This document shows positions 63,381-64,000 of a stretch of 64,000 nt of DNA, one piece after another. The stretch's first letter is position 1, and every line of letters begins with the position of its first letter. Source of the DNA: an uncultured Spirochaetaceae bacterium (lineage in GTDB: Bacteria; Spirochaetota; Spirochaetia; Sphaerochaetales; Sphaerochaetaceae); the NCBI GenBank assembly GCA_944389275.1, contig CALXLT010000039.1:1493-65492 (forward strand). Direction: 5' to 3'. The translations under genes and the position numbers were made by a program. The notes under the pieces are model-generated. The model worked only from the letters and a program-made list of their open reading frames with translations, made no database searches and was not told where the DNA came from.

Positions 63381-64000
63381 TCTGCGCACCTCCTGAAATC
63401 TTCCTGATGATCGCTCCGAGGTCCGGGGCTTCATAAAGGAAGAGCGAGCCGGATCTGTCCTTGGCCTCATATGAGCTGTCGCCTGTGGTCTGAAGCTTCC
63501 TGAGGATGTTCCCTTCCTTGTCCTTCTCGGCAAGGAGCACGAACTCCTCATCGAAGAAGTAGCCGATGCCCTGAGTGAGGGACTTTCCAGGAAGGGATGG
63601 ACGGAACATGGCCACGCCATCAGCGCCCTTGTCGAACTCCATCTTCGCGGAGAAGTAGACGTTCTTCCCGGGGATATCACGGAAGCAGCGGAGGAGCGAG
63701 TTCATGCGCTCGTTGAGGTTGCCATAGGCCTGCCTGCCGTCCTTGGAGGCATTGCGCTCGTTCGCAAGCACCTGCTCCGCTATCTCTGATACCGAGTCAA
63801 GGCAGATGGTCTCGTACTTCGCCATCTCCTCCGAGCCAGTGCAGAAGTCATAGGCCTCATAGAGGTCATCGATAGTGGAGATCGGGATATAGTCGAGATT
63901 CGAATCCCTGACCGAGAGAAGGCCCGATTCCGCGCTGAGGATGATGGGATTGGGCGCTGTGGCGCAGAGCCTTGTCTTGCCCGCTCCTGGCGCGCCGTAT
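63373..64000 (-). CDS. AAA_24 / Sak4-like RecA-fold ATPase, N-terminus cut by window edge
   Basis: The frame stays open upstream of the track start (63825) to the window edge and reads YGAPGAGKTRLCATAPNPIILSAESG (Walker A). Confidence 0.8.
   Translation of the reverse strand, partial: YGAPGAGKTRLCATAPNPIILSAESGLLSVRDSNLDYIPISTIDDLYEAYDFCTGSEEMAKYETICLDSVSEIAEQVLANERNASKDGRQAYGNLNERMNSLLRCFRDIPGKNVYFSAKMEFDKGADGVAMFRPSLPGKSLTQGIGYFFDEEFVLLAEKDKEGNILRKLQTTGDSSYEAKDRSGSLFLYEAPDLGAIIRKISGGAQNG

Larger units (their letters stand above)
31791..64000 (-). mobile_element. Prophage (HK97-like siphovirus). Core is 33688 to beyond 64000. The 31.8-33.7 kb islet plus tRNA may or may not belong to it. Right end is outside the window.
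   Basis: Uninterrupted minus-strand block with the canonical order: replication, packaging, head, tail, fibre, lysis. No integrase or att is visible. Confidence 0.8.

Overview
The window has two parts. (1) Positions 1 to about 31.8 kb are ordinary chromosomal DNA. This part encodes housekeeping and transport genes on both strands:
- a long-form glyA, infA, and fmt-def
- a complete livFGMH plus binding-protein operon
- NhaC, two MFS transporters, TrkHA and BrnQ
- a two-subunit Fe-S hydro-lyase and two radical-SAM proteins
- two patatin-like lipases, one fused to an outer-membrane barrel
- an Fe-alcohol dehydrogenase
- a hexokinase / pyridoxal kinase / nucleosidase cluster

The outer-membrane barrel and the lipoproteins indicate a diderm host. 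I cannot assign a taxon from the sequence alone.

(2) From about 31.8-33.7 kb to the window edge lies an HK97-like siphovirus prophage, entirely on the minus strand. Its gene order is: replication/recombination module, many small early ORFs, HNH, TerS, TerL, portal (fused to MuF), protease, capsid, connectors, major tail, G/GT chaperones, tape measure, tail tip, two collar-domain fibres, then a lysis-like cassette. No integrase, repressor or att repeat is visible, so the lysogeny end probably lies beyond 64000.

A tRNA-Asn(GUU) and an AT-rich islet (lipoprotein plus small HTH gene) sit between the lysis cassette and brnQ.

Most notable observations:
- A 54-aa, 9-Cys ORF exactly fills a gap full of TGTTGC/GCAACA repeats and a palindrome next to the primase-helicase gene.
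- A zinc-ribbon ORF with its own SD is embedded in the +1 frame of a head-tail gene.
- A textbook A_AAA_AAC -1 frameshift site lies in the tail chaperone pair.
- A G10 tract sits early in one of the two paralogous fibre genes.
- The lysis cassette has no recognisable endolysin.
- Phased heptamer repeats lie beside the tRNA.

All family calls were made by eye from motifs, with no database search. Coordinates of starts refined from the ORF track are my own reading of start codons and SD sequences.
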